63,806 nucleotides of DNA, filler included, from Octopus bimaculoides (GCF_001194135.2; 5 parts of 4 records of this genome joined end to end with filler, not necessarily neighbours in it), one strand, 5' to 3'. Positions 12,736 through 25,600 are shown, counted from the whole stretch's first letter. Numbers and translations: made by a program. The notes: generated by a model from the sequence alone, not told the origin.

Positions 12736-13021
12736 TTTCCTCCGTTTTCTAAAGGTATTTAACCTATCTTCTAAGCTGTTTTCACTGCTATTCTGCGTTC
12801 GGGGTTTAGATGAAAGGGCTTTATAGGGAGAATCTTATAGAGAAAACCTTGTCAAAAAATGTTTGCTACAAAAAAGTTGTGTGGCTTTAAGGGGCGAAAA
12901 AAAGTGATAATTTTAAGAAATCAAAAGAGAACACAAATGAAAGAGTCCATCGAGAAGAATATTTTGGAGAAAATCTCGTCTAAAAATATTCTTTTCTACA
13001 CTAGGCACAAGACCCGAAATT

Positions 13022-13203
13022 TTGAGGGAGGGGGCAGTCGATTAGAACAACCCCAGTACGAAATTGGTAGTTATTTTATCGACCCCGAAACGATGAAAGA
13101 CAAAGTTGACCTTGGTGGAATTTGAACTCAGAACGTAAAGACAGACGAAGTACTGTTGAGCATTGCGCCCGGCGTGCTAACGTTCCTGCCAGATTGCCAC
13201 CTT
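13022..13203 (-). mobile_element. SINE family B
   Basis: Reverse complement of the family B head and core. Confidence 0.85.
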
Positions 13204-14084
13204 AATAGCTTTTCTGAAATTGTTCATTAAATAGCGTGTGCATCTTTCTGTTTTTTTTAAAATCTTTTTTCCTTTTATTGCAATTTAAAAATAAAATTAC
13301 GTTAATATTTTTGATTTTAAAATTTCTTTGCATTAAGCAAAATCATTTCCGTATTACATTATGTTTTGGGTGTTTTGTGGGTGTTTGTTGCTGTTTCTGT
13401 TTCTGGTGGTGGTGGTGGTGGTGTAGTTGTGAAAGTGTTGGTGGTGGTGTAGTTGTGAAAGTGTTGGTGGTGTGGTGTTTGGCAATTTTAAGGGCTCTGT
13501 CGTCTTTCCACCTCCAGCCTGTGTTTTTCTTTCATCAGGGCAACGCTTTCACTTTTTGCTTTCCCGACTCCCGACGAGGATCCATCCCGGTGAGTCTTTC
13601 GACTTGGCCTCATCGCAGTTGAAGAAGTCTGTGACTGAGGATCGAGCTATGCCAGCGTGATTCTAGCTCTGTCTTCTGGAGGAGTGGCATGCCAAGGGTT
13701 TCTTTACTAAACAATACACTCCTTCGCGGTTGTAATGTTGGAGTTCACTGCTGTTGTGGGTGTTATTATGGCTGCTGCAGTTGATGTTGTGGTTGTTGTT
13801 GATGATGTTACTATTGTGGTAATGGCCTCGTCAACGATAGAAGATTCCTGATGGTTTGTGTCACTAATTTCTTTTTAACGGAACTGTTAACTATAAGTAA
13901 ACGAAGGTGGTTAAAGTGAGCAGTTAAAATGATTAAAGTTGCAACTTACAATATTTACAATTAAATGAGTATTCACTTACGAAAGAAAATAAAGAAAACT
14001 AAGAATGTTACATATTAATGCGAATGATGATGATAACGATGATGATGATGGTGATTGATATCAGATAAGCGATTGTATACCAAG

Positions 14085-15050
14085 AAGTTGCCCCGGAGCT
14101 GGTTCAACATTCAATCTGTTCTTGGATTTAATTTTTAAGGAAACCAAAGTCAAAAATATAGTTTTGTTCTCTGTTGTCGTAATAAAAGGCAATAAAACCG
14201 CGGTTGCTTTCTTCTATAAATCTGGATATTCTTTTTGACAGCCAAAATTAAATCAGGGGATCGTTCTCTAACTTATGAATTAAACTAGTCTGAGAGTTCA
14301 ACGAAGAAATCCATTTTCTGTTGTCTTTAATTGCTGCAATATTTCTTTATTTCCTGTTTTTAAAATGAATCCATCTCTAATCTACATTTTGTTGGCAAGT
14401 ATTGGGTGGAGATGATAATTAAATATTTCATGAACCCCAAGAGGGATTTGGAGTGGTGGTTAATAAGACTCCAGTTGATCCGATCAACGGAACACCCTGC
14501 TTATCGTGAAATTAACGTGCAAGTGGCTGAGCACATTACAGACACGTGTACCCTTAACGTAGTTCTCGGGGAGATTCAGTGTGACAAGGCTGGCCCTTCG
14601 AAATACCGGTACAAAAGAAACAGGAAGAAAGAGTGAGAGAAATTTGTGATGGAAGAATAGAGCAGGGTTCGCCACCATCTCCTGCTGGAGCCTCATGTGT
14701 TTTCGCTCAATAAACACTCACAACGCCCGGTCTGAGAATCGAAACTGCGATCCTACGACCGTGAGTCCGCTTCCCTAACCACTGGGCCATTGCGCCTCCA
14801 CGTGTGCTTCGGACTCTTTAGTTGATTGTTGTTTTTTTCCTTCATTTTTCTTATGACGACATTTATTGGTTTATTTGCATATTTAAGATGATGTCTTGCT
14901 AACTAAATGACAATTTGGCTGCTTACATGTACAAGCTGATTATGTGGTTCCATAAAAAATATATAATGGTCAATAATTTCCATGACTGGCATCAATGAAA
15001 CCAAACATCACATATTCATCAGAATATTTTCTGGTTCGTAGAATTTTGAC
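14085..15050 (-). mobile_element. hAT (Charlie/Buster-type) transposase fossil, internally deleted, interrupted by a SINE
   Basis: N-terminal RKYSDEYVMFGFI and AKL..HLVSK..HLKYANKP (15040-14870); C-terminal EYPDL*KKATAVLLPFITT..LKIKSKNRLNVEP (14231-14101). Confidence 0.7.
14465..14803 (-). mobile_element. SINE family C, near full length
   Basis: Minus-strand head ggaggcgcaatggcccagtggttag..gtttcgattc (A and B boxes); tail matches 23850-23930. Confidence 0.85.
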
Positions 15051-16709
15051 CTTGTTATTGTTCTTACAAATCTCTTCATCGTTTAATCTTTTATTGTTGT
15101 TATCTTGGTTTTTAATAGTCTGAACGGCAGTTAATTTGCGTTTAGTTCACCTGAGCTGTTTGTCCATTTCGTTATTGGAAAATTATTTCCGAGTAAATAA
15201 ATTAGAACAAAAATCAATAAGAAATAAATTTTGAACAATAAATTAAAACAAATTTTGATTTGATAATGATAAATCTAATTAATACCACCACCAATAATTA
15301 GTTTAATTAATAGTGATGGTTTAAAGCAGGCGAAATAGTGGTGCATCCAATATTATATGGCGTTTTTAAAACAAAAAATATTGAAAATAAATATATGGCC
15401 GAATTTCTAGAATACCGTTAATATTGGTAGAATTAGTTCGAAGAAGGCTGTTTAACCGTCTTATCACCTTGGTTGCATTCCCAATCTTAGTCACGTCCAA
15501 TATTTGACTTGGTTAACAAATAAAGCAATACCATAAGATTCGCCATATTTTCTCCAAAACCCTACACTCGAACTCACTAATTCAACCTAGTTCCTTATAT
15601 GTAGAAGACTTTTTTTTTATGTTCCTGTGTTGTATAGGACGGTTATTCTAATACTTTCTGAAGACTGAAATTATTTCCTAGCGACTTGATAGAGTTTGCT
15701 CTAAAGGTATCTAAGAGCCATTCTGATACAACAATAGGCAGAAAATACGATGGTTATACTGTGATAAGGCAATAAACAGAAAATGTATTGACTCTACAAA
15801 ACTAATAGGGGGAAGAATTTAATCCACAAACTACGCAAAGTCGCTGCCCTGACGAGAAATCTGATATATGTAGACATCGGTTGTGAGTCTTGAACTTGGG
15901 AAAATAGAAGAAAGAACTGTCTCGTTGTTCTGCTTCAGTTTATCAGAAGCCGTTTAATAAACGTTCTTCTGATATTTCTATATTGGCTTCGATCTCTGCT
16001 AAAGAATTATCTCGAAACATATTAAGATATCATGTATACCGAGACATTGTTTAACTATTCCTGGCGTTTCGATTTCAAAATTGTAAAGTTGTGTAAATAT
16101 ATTTTGGCAAACTGTTCTTCTTGTTTTACTGTTTTTAATATTTATTGTCTGTACACCGCTATATATGTAGATATAAATTACAAATATTACTGCAATACAA
16201 CAGTATTATTTTCCAGGTAAATAAAGCGCCGCAAAGGTAGGTCATCCATTCGAAGTTGTCCATTTATCCGGCGTTCTTCCAAGAGGTAAGACGAAATTCT
16301 TTATATGTTCGCCGCCCGCACACATCTTTGTCTCTATATATCCAGTGAAGCTTCACATAGCGTCGTACGGTTATCGACTGCTAGTTCCAGCAAACATTGG
16401 TGCCTAGTTGCGCCACTATTTCATATATATATATATATATATATGTAGATATACTTGCAAAAAAGGACGTGTGCGTTCAATAATGTAATAATACAAAGAA
16501 TATATATACATGTATATATACCGTCTAGTTAGAATAGAGACAGCTGATGAAGGGATATTCCAAGTGGCTTTCCGTTTTCCTATGTGTTCGTTCCGTTGTC
16601 TGTAGTTCACTGTTCTAACGTCCTGTACCCTGATATGCATATATATACACATGTAGATGTAAGTATGTACATATATGTGTGTATACATGTATATATATTC
16701 TTTGTATTA

Positions 16710-16858
<149 letters not shown>

Positions 16859-16898
16859 CCCTCAAAGAGACTTCGGTTGGCTGCTTTACCATTAAACC

Positions 16899-17254
16899 AA
16901 ACTGCCCGCTGACAAATTCATCCGCCGAATTAGACGCTAAATATTTTAGCTCCTATAGAACAACCATGTGTGTATAAACGTAGAGAAGCAAATATTTTTA
17001 ATTATTAGAAGCGTCGAAATGTGTTGTTGACAAATTTTTCCGCCTTGTAAGGGTAATTTATCCAGTATTTCTTATGTTCTAACGGCAACTCTGCGTTCGA
17101 AAAAATATCATCTTCTTATTTGTATCGTACAATACGCATTTCGACGCTTCTAATTAAAGAAAATGTTTGTATAGATTTATTCACAGATGGTTGTTCTATT
17201 AAGCTAAAGTATTTAGCGTTTAATTCGGCGGATGAATTTGTCAGCGGGCAGTTT
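16899..17254. repeat. Long imperfect inverted repeat (MITE/foldback-like)
   Basis: Arms 16899-17021 and 17137-17254 are reverse complements (aaactgcccgctgacaaattcatccgccgaatt..agaagcgtcgaaatg), spacer about 115 bp. Confidence 0.85.
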
Positions 17255-17689
17255 AACTTCATCATATTTTTCACCTTATTTTGGCGAAAATCCGCTGCCA
17301 TCTGCTGCTTACAGACGTTCCATTATCATTTGATGTCAGAAATATCGTGAATCTGAATTTGTGACTGGTTGGTTAGAAACCTACATTTAACAATACCATC
17401 AAGCAATATTAATTACATAACTGGAGAAAGCAGATATGTAATGACCAATTAACACTCTCTGTCTCTCTGTCAGTAGCAATATGATTCATGCTTTACCTTA
17501 ACTCTAAAACCCAATATATTTTCGCATTCCTTAACGAAGAATCGAAATATTAAAAATGCAACAATGAACTAAATGAGCAATGAAGAAAACACTGCTCGCA
17601 TTTTCCTCTCCTTGGGCATATCTCTTCTCAAGTAATTTACTTATCTTCTTTACGTCAGATGACGTCCATTTCAGATAATCTATGTCGTG

Positions 17690-17900
17690 TTTTTCTCTGC
17701 TACTTGTTTACAGCAAGTACAGCTCTGTTGTATTCCTCCAGTCACACGTATTGCTGTCTCCATTTGCTGGCCAGCCTAGCTCCTTACCAATTCCTATTGT
17801 CAACACCTACACGCGTCAAATCACCTTCAGCCATTTCAATTCTTGTCAAAGTGAATTCCTCCGATTATCTTTTGTCACTTTCTGTTTCCTGTCATCTTTA
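17690..17900 (-). mobile_element. RTE-like LINE C-terminal remnant
   Basis: Minus frame GDLTRVGVDNRNW*GARLASKWR..QRKTR resembles the DL..ID..W..A..WR..KR..RK end of RTE-clade ORFs. Confidence 0.4.
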
Positions 17901-18029
17901 ATTGATGCTGAAGTCTCTCTTTGCAGATAAACACCACACATTTTAAAGATCGACAATCAATCATTATTCAATAAAATATTCTTCAACTATTAGAAGAGAT
18001 TATTTCTGCCAGTACGTATATCAAAATAC

Positions 18030-18048
18030 ACACACTCACACACACACA

Positions 18049-18096
<48 letters not shown>

Positions 18097-18412
18097 CACA
18101 CACACACGCACACACGCCTACACGCACGCCCACACAAACATACATACACACATACACATGTGTGTATGCATGCATGCATGTATGTACGTATGTATGCATG
18201 TATGTACGCATGTATGTATGCGTGTATGTATGCATGTATGTACGTATGTATATATATATGTATGTACGTATGCATGTATATATATATATATAGTATTGTT
18301 GGTTGATATATATATATATATATATATCCACGTACACATATGTACATATACACATACATATGTGTATGTATATATATCTATATCTATATCTATCTATATA
18401 TATATATATATA
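18030..18412. repeat. Compound (CA)n/(TATG)n/(TA)n microsatellite
   Basis: Directly visible. Confidence 0.95.
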
Positions 18413-19676
18413 NNNNNNNNNNNNNNNNNNNNNNNNNNNNNNNNNNNNNNNNNNNNNNNNNNNNNNNNNNNNNNNNNNNNNNNNNNNNNNNNNNNNNNNN
18501 NNNNNNNNNNNNNNNNNNNNNNNNNNNNNNNNNNNNNNNNNNNNNNNNNNNNNNNNNNNNNNNNNNNNNNNNNNNNNNNNNNNNNNNNNNNNNNNNNNNN
18601 NNNNNNNNNNNNNNNNNNNNNNNNNNNNNNNNNNNNNNNNNNNNNNNNNNNNNNNNNNNNNNNNNNNNNNNNNNNNNNNNNNNNNNNNNNNNNNNNNNNN
18701 NNNNNNNNNNNNNNNNNNNNNNNNNNNNNNNNNNNNNNNNNNNNNNNNNNNNNNNNNNNNNNNNNNNNNNNNNNNNNNNNNNNNNNNNNNNNNNNNNNNN
18801 NNNNNNNNNNNNNNNNNNNNNNNNNNNNNNNNNNNNNNNNNNNNNNNNNNTATATATATATATATCCTAATTTTTCTACGACTTATTCACGTGTTGCTAT
18901 TTTGTTACACGTTAGCAACATTTGACTGTCTTAAGATCGCACCATTGATATTCAAATATTTTAAGATTTGGGAATATCTATGATTTAAATAAATACATTA
19001 AAATTCATTCTGCCATTTAATGTATGGTAACCGAAAATATCTTAGGAATTTACTGAGAATGCAACACGTGACTTTGCAAATGATGTGTTAAACTTCCTGT
19101 GCAGATATTATGAACAGGCTTTAAAGATTAAATAATTGATGGCTTGCACAAACCACTGATGTCTGTCAGAGGAATTTGGTTTCAATAAAATTCCATAATA
19201 ATCTTCACTTTTTCGAAATTGTAACAACAAGACTAATCTAGTTAATGTGTGTTGGTATACAATGGCAATCCAGTAGTGATTCTGACGGTTGATGGTGATG
19301 TTTAAGATTATGAAACTGGCGTGGATGGTGTTGATTAGCGTGGATGGATGATAAAGGTTAACGAATAAAGCCATTTCATAACACTCGCCATATTTTCTCT
19401 CATACTTACTAATTCAAGTGAATAAACCTAATTCCTTACATGTAAAATATTTCTTTTTCTTTTTTTTTTCTTCATGTTTCTGTGTTTTGTAGGACGGTTA
19501 TTCTAATATTCTCTGAAGATTGGAATTATTTCCTACCGACCAGAAGGGATATAGAAAATTAGACTTGGAGTCAAAATTATTATTTCTAGCAATTAATAAC
19601 TTATTTAATTAAATATGTTATTACACGGATGTCTTCTTAAAGTATATATTTATTCCCTTTGTAACAAAATGTTAAA

Positions 19677-20090
19677 TGTGGCTGTGTGGTAAGTAGCTTG
19701 CTTACCAACCACATGGTTCTGGGTTCAGTCCCGCTGCGTGGCATCTTGGGCAAGTGTCTTCTACTATAGCCTCTGGCCGACCAAAGCCATGTGAGTGGAT
19801 TTGGTAGACGGAAACTGAAAGAAGCCCGTCGTATATATGTGTATGTGTGTGTGTGTGTGTATTTGTGTGTCTGTGTTTGCTGCCCTAGCATTGCTTGACA
19901 ACAGATGCTGGTATGTTTATGTCCCCGTCACTTAGCGGTTCGGCAAAATCGACCGATAGAATAAGTACTAGGCTTACAAAGAATAAGTCCTAGGGTCGAT
20001 TTTCTCTACTAAAGGCGGTGCTCCAACATAGTCGCAGTCAAATGACTGAAACGAATAAAATAAAATAAAATAAAATAAAAGAATAAAAGA
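19677..20090 (+). mobile_element. SINE family A, full length
   Basis: tggctgtgtggtaag (A box), gggttcagtccc (B box), CORE-like ttgggcaagtgtctt, central (TG)n, and tail. Confidence 0.9.
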
Positions 20091-20440
20091 TATGTCTGTG
20101 TGTCCCTCAAAATCCATTTTGGGCAGCTGACAGTGATGTGAAGGATATCTTATCTACTGCTGTTAAACTACCATTTGTGTTTGCTTTAAAAAACCCCGTC
20201 GTTGATGTTTTCATTCTATGGACAATTAATATTACAGTCGCAGCCCCAATAAAAGCTGGTTCTTGAGACCTCTTCGTGAAGGTCTCTAACACTTTTCACA
20301 ATCCTTCTAGTGAAGACTTTCTTATTTTCTGTCGGTGTCTCTAACTCCACAACACACTCACTCGACAAGAATTGTCTAAAACTTCTACTTCACAAATCTG
20401 ACCACCACCCAACACTCATGTACAATCCTGACAATCACTT

Positions 20441-20571
20441 GTCTACCCGCCCATCTGTTGTCTACCCGCCCATCTGTTGTCTACCCGCCCATCTGTTGTN
20501 NNNNNNNNNCCCGCCCATCTGTTGTCTACCCGCCCATCTGTTGTCTACCCGCCCATCTGTTGTCTACCCGT
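20441..20571. repeat. 19-bp minisatellite (gtctacccgcccatctgtt)n
   Basis: About seven tandem units, with a 10-N gap inside. Confidence 0.92.
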
Positions 20572-20574
20572 CTA

Positions 20575-21135
20575 CTCTTCAAATACACAATTGCAGGATG
20601 TGTGGTGAGAGGAGATGAAAAGATATGGCACTAAAATCAAAGGCGTTGTATGTCCAAATCTTTGTAGGAGTTAATGAAGATGAAGACTGCAAAATACTGT
20701 CGGATGCAACGGTTCATTGTGACCATCATGTCAGACATCGGAAGCCTGATATTGTCGTGATGAGCAAAAAAGAAAAATCTTGCATGATAATCGACAAAGC
20801 ATGTTCCAGTGACAACAGAATCAAAGAGAAAGAAGAAGCGAAACTGGACAACTACGACGATTTGAAGAGGGAAATACGAAGGTTGTTGTCAATGAGGAGA
20901 GTACACATGATACCAATAGTAAATGGTGCACTTGGAAGTATCAGCACTCAACTACCAACATGGCTGAAAAAGATCAGAGCAAGTGTGAAGGTAGGACACC
21001 TACTAAAAACATCATTGCTTGGAACCGCAGAATTTTTGAAGCTTGACCAGTAAGCAAGTGTCTCTTTAGTTTGCTGGCTGTGGGCTACTGACACTTTCCG
21101 TCATTCCCATCAAAATAAGCTGAGAGTTTTCATCA
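20575..21135 (+). mobile_element. R4/Dong-type LINE 3' fragment (subfamily b) ending in (AAT)n
   Basis: CRMCGE zinc knuckle, RKPDIVV..CMIIDKAC..KEKEEAKLDNYDDL restriction-like endonuclease, IVNGALG; 3' UTR followed by (AAT)n at 21136-21195. Confidence 0.9.
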
Positions 21136-21195
<60 letters not shown>

Positions 21196-22006
21196 CAATT
21201 TACAAAGTTTTCGTTGTTGGAAATTTTTCCCGCAATGGTCTTTCCTTCTAGTCATTTCTTTTTCTTGCCTTCATCTGACGAAGGACAATCAACACCAAAC
21301 ATTCCAACATTGAAACAGTCCCTGTTTTTCTCGGATTACCGTATTCAGATTGCATATATACACATATATGCACACACGTACATACACACATGTATATATG
21401 TATGTGTATATATATATATACNNNNNNNNNNNNNNNNNNNNNNNNNNNNNNNNNNNNNNNNNNNNNNNNNNNNNNNNNNNNNNNNNNNNNNNNNNNNNNN
21501 NNNNNNNNNNNNNNNNNNNNNNNNNNNNNNNNNNNNNNNNNNNNNNNNNNNNNNNNNNNNNNNNNNATATATATATATATACGTACATACATACATAGTT
21601 CATAGATGTGGTCCAGATATTCTCCATATAGAATACACTTAGTAGTGCTCAAGAGATTTAAACTTGAGTGGGTAGAGGAGGAAATGATGTAAAGACACGC
21701 GTGTTAGGCAGGTCAATATACAAAGTATACTAAATACATGAAATACGAAAAATGTATATATGTATACCTAAGATGAGAAGGAATCAATCAACAAACATTA
21801 TCATGTACCGTCGAGCCCTTAGAAACAGCTGTTGGATTTGTAATTCTTTTCTTTCATCCCTGTAATTCTCTATAACATTCGTATTCCGTGAAAGCTGGAC
21901 CTTTTTAGATGTATACCTATATACATTTTTTGTATTTCATGTATTTGATGTACTTTAGATTCATTATCTGTCTAATTTGCTTATCCCTACATTTACTTAT
22001 ATATAA

Positions 22007-22056
<50 letters not shown>

Positions 22057-23162
22057 ATATTATGTGCATTTATATGTGTGTGGACTTACGGGAGCACGCC
22101 ATCTTAAAGATGGCGTAAAGACATTAGACTTAGACTATGGGGATTAATGAAGCCATTTTTTGTCGGCCCTGATTGAGCGTTCCAGTTGTGACCACTGCAC
22201 CAACCTCCTGTATATGAAAGGTTGAATTGTCTAATGTGTCCTTGTTTTGTAAGATGGTAGGGAAAGTAGATCTGAAGAACGCAGGTTACTGTTTGCAGCA
22301 GACGGGCGGACTTTCAGAGTTTCTCTTGAGTCTTTTAGTGACGAAGTTCAGATGATTTTTAAAACATGGTTATGTTGGTTGAGAGTAGACAGAGATTCAA
22401 TTCGTATATTTAGCACACTGAGGGACCAGGAACGATGAAGAAATATCTTTTTCTTGGCTATCCTTCTTTTGAACCATTATGTTATCACTTTAAAAAATTG
22501 TTGTTTGTAAATGTGTTGGAGACTTAGCTGTTATGTCTAGCATGTCTACTGGCCTCATTGTAAAGACAGGTACAGTAGTTTTTATGAATGAGGATAGCGG
22601 AAATATTTTTAATTTGCAATGAAAATAGCGTTTGTGAGTTTGTAAGTTTGTGTGTGCGTGTGTTTGTGTCTTTGTGTGTGCGTTTGTGTTTGTGTATTTG
22701 AGTTTGTGAGTTTGTGAGTGTGTGTATTTGTGTGTGCGTTTAAACACGTTATGTTTACATCTGTAAATGCATTCATTTTTAATAAATTGAAACTAAATCA
22801 TTTTAAATTTTCGGAAAGTGAAACAAGAAAAGCCTCCCAATGTAAACAAAATCTGTTTGTAACGAATCCGGTGTGAAGAGTATGTTTATAGAAGAGAGGA
22901 AAAATCGAAGAACTGCGATTGGAAATCCCGTGGCGTGATCAGCTGCTGGTTTAGAAAGAAGTTATTGAAAAAACAAAGGGGGGAAAGGGGGGATGTCTTA
23001 AAATTAAAATATTTATTTATTTCGTTGCAGTTTCTGAATCTGTGATGTTCAAAACAGGAAACAACGACAGAAAAAACAAAAAGTGTTAAAAAAAACATAG
23101 ACAAGTAAAATATAATGTTGCAACTGTGTTATATTGTTAACAAAGTGAGGGAAGAGCAGAGG

Positions 23163-23252
<90 letters not shown>

Positions 23253-23561
23253 GGCAGATAACAGACTAACTGGTTCATACTTTCGCTGCTTCTCTTCTCT
23301 GTTCCCTCAGCCTCCCTCTCGCTTCGCTTCCCTGTTTTTAATGAATTTTCTTTGGAAATAGGAAATACGGAAATATAAAATTTATTAACATACACACTTG
23401 AAATAGTATAAATTAAAGTACCGGTGTGTATAACATTTGTAATATATGTATAAATATGGACGGTGTTAGCTATAATGTATTAACTCAGAAAAAACTTTTA
23501 AAAAGTCACTTTTGTATTTAAAAAAAAGCACGTGCCTCGCTCACTATGTTGTCAGCAGTTT

Positions 23562-23604
23562 GTCAGACACCGGGGTTTCAACTTCCTTTTGTCTCTTCAG
23601 TGAC
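23562..23604 (-). ncRNA. Orphan minimal type-I hammerhead ribozyme motif
   Basis: Minus strand: gtca CTGAAGA gac-8nt-gtt GAAAC cccggt GTC tgac. Stem III is one substitution away from the palindrome ACACCGGTGT. Confidence 0.7.
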
Positions 23605-23749
23605 GAACACTCATACATGTGTGTTTGTGCGTGTGTGTTCTTGTGTGTGTGTTTGTACCGGCGTATGTGTATGCGTATGCATATGCATGTATGTGTGTGT
23701 GTATGTATATATATGTATATCCTGGGTAGAATTTTAAACTACTTCTGGT

Positions 23750-23970
23750 TGTGGGGCCCTAGTACAGGAGTTCAAAGGTTTTGAGGAGTGTGAAGCTACT
23801 TCTTCGCCACTATTGTTCACAGGTCTACTCTGACCCGGATAGTGGAACCTGTTAGGATCCCAGGTATGCTCAGTCACTTGCACATTAATTTTATGAACAG
23901 GCTGTTCCGTTGATCGGATCAACTGGAATACGCGTCATCTTAACCGACGGAACACACGTCATCTTAACCA
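23750..23970 (+). mobile_element. SINE family C 3' part
   Basis: ctcagtcacttgcacattaatttt..ccgttgatcggatcaactgg matches the tail of 14465-14803. Confidence 0.75.
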
Positions 23971-23990
23971 GTTATAATTTTTATATAACT

Positions 23991-24143
23991 GAGTGGCTGT
24001 GCGGTAAGTAGCTTGCTTACCAACCACATGGTTCCGGTTTCAGTCCCACTGCGTGGCACCTTGGGCAAATGTCTTCTACTATAGCCATGGGCTGACCAAA
24101 GCCTTGTGAGTGGATTTGGTAGACGGAAACTGGAAGAAGCCCG

Positions 24144-24205
<62 letters not shown>

Positions 24206-24615
24206 GTGTGTGTGTATGTGTGTGTGTGTGTGTGTGTGTGTAAGTGTGTGTCTGTGTGTATATAGTTGAAATTTACAGAAAAACAAAAGACAAAGACGGG
24301 TGTATTATTTTGACGCTCAGGAAGGTGAGAAAATCTTTTACGTTTCGAGCCTATGCTTTTCAACAGAAAGGAATAAGAGGAGATAAATAGAGAGAGAATA
24401 ACGAATATATATTTATGTATATGCATGTATTTGTGTGTCTGTGTTTGTGTTTGTCCCACCACCATCGCTTAACAACCGATGTTGGTGTGTTTACGTCGGT
24501 TTGTTCGACTAAAAGGCGGTGCTCCAGCATGGCCGCAGTCAAATGATTGAGTAAAAGAGTATATATAATGTGGTAAAAAAAAATGCATGGTCGCAGTCAA
24601 ATGGCTGAAACAAGT
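23991..24615 (+). mobile_element. SINE family A with the HHR mini-element inserted in reverse, and a duplicated tail
   Basis: Full head and CORE-like part, (TA)n/(TG)n middle, tail at 24430-24560 and a second tail copy at 24584-24615. Confidence 0.88.
24258..24410 (-). mobile_element. About 150 bp HHR mini-element (motif at 24335-24370)
   Basis: Minus strand: cttt CTGTTGA aaagc atag gctc GAAAC GTA aaag; homologous to 12010-12185 with a deletion of about 20 bp between two tacac repeats. Confidence 0.78.
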
Positions 24616-24742
24616 CAAAGAACAAAAGAACAAAAAGATTTCCAAGTTTCAAGATCTTCATAAATCCATCCGGTTTCTATACACCTTTTACGTTTTATCC
24701 GTTCGTCCAATTTCCCGTTTTCCATTTAAACTAATTGCTCAA

Positions 24743-25042
24743 CCGGCATATGGCGTAGTGGTTAAGGGCGCGGGCCACTAACCCCAAGATTCCGAGTTCG
24801 ATTCCAGGCAGTGACCTGAATAATAATAATAATGATAATAATAATAATGATAATAATAATAATAATGATAATAATAATAATAATAACATCGAAAACTACC
24901 TTAGGAATGAGAACCCAGGTTCAAAATTTTTCCCCAAACATCTGATGAAGGCTGGAGGGTATATCAGCTGAAACGTTGTGTTAACAACAAACAAGATGAG
25001 GGCAAATATCCGTCAAATATAAATAATGTAAATAATGTAATT
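24743..25042 (+). mobile_element. SINE family D: tRNA-like head + (TAA)n + hammerhead-containing tail
   Basis: A box TGGCGTAGTGG (24751), B box GAGTTCGATTCC (24794), (TAA)n at 24820-24885, HHR motif, then short taaataatg tandem tail. Confidence 0.8.
24937..24982 (+). ncRNA. Minimal type-I hammerhead ribozyme motif, sense to the SINE
   Basis: aacat CTGATGA a ggctg-10nt-cagct GAAAC GTT gtgtt. Stem I is 5 bp, stem II is 5 bp, stem III is the ACGT palindrome; predicted cut after 24977. Confidence 0.72.
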
Positions 25043-25222
25043 ACTCCAAAGTTTATCTTCTCGTTATATTCATATTACTGATTCAAGTAGTTTCTATTGA
25101 CTTTCTGTAATTTTTACACATTCATAAAAATTCATAAAATTCTAATAGTTTTCATCGATACACCATATATTTCAACTTGTAATTCTAATACTCAATAACC
25201 ACAAACCAGAATGTTATGCTCT

Positions 25223-25224
<2 letters not shown>

Positions 25225-25281
<57 letters not shown>

Positions 25282-25340
25282 ATCTAGTTGTCTGTCTGTC
25301 TATATTTTTGTCTGTCTGTCTGTCTATCTATTTATCTATG

Positions 25341-25400
<60 letters not shown>

Positions 25401-25600
25401 GTCTATCAGTCTGTCTGTCTGTCTATCTATCTATCCATATATCTATCTGTCTGTCGATCTGTCTATCTGTCTGTCTGACTGTCCGTTTGTCAGTCTATCT
25501 ATCTGTCTGTCTTTCTATTTATCTATCTGTCTATCTGTCTATCTATCTGTCTCTGTCTCTGTCTCTGTCTCTCTTTCTATCTATCTCTCTATCTATCTAT
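25225..25600. repeat. Compound (TG)n/(TCTA)n/(TCTG)n microsatellite
   Basis: Directly visible. Confidence 0.95.

Noticed and set aside
13400-13860. GC-richer segment as a LINE ORF1 or host exon
   Set aside because: Low complexity, stops in each frame and no recognisable motif.
20441-20571. 19-bp repeats as a CRISPR-like array
   Set aside because: Head-to-tail units with no spacers, eukaryotic context and no cas genes.
22096-22116. Palindrome acgccatctt-a-aagatggcgt as a double YY1 promoter site
   Set aside because: Short, in probable repeat-derived sequence and with no other promoter evidence.
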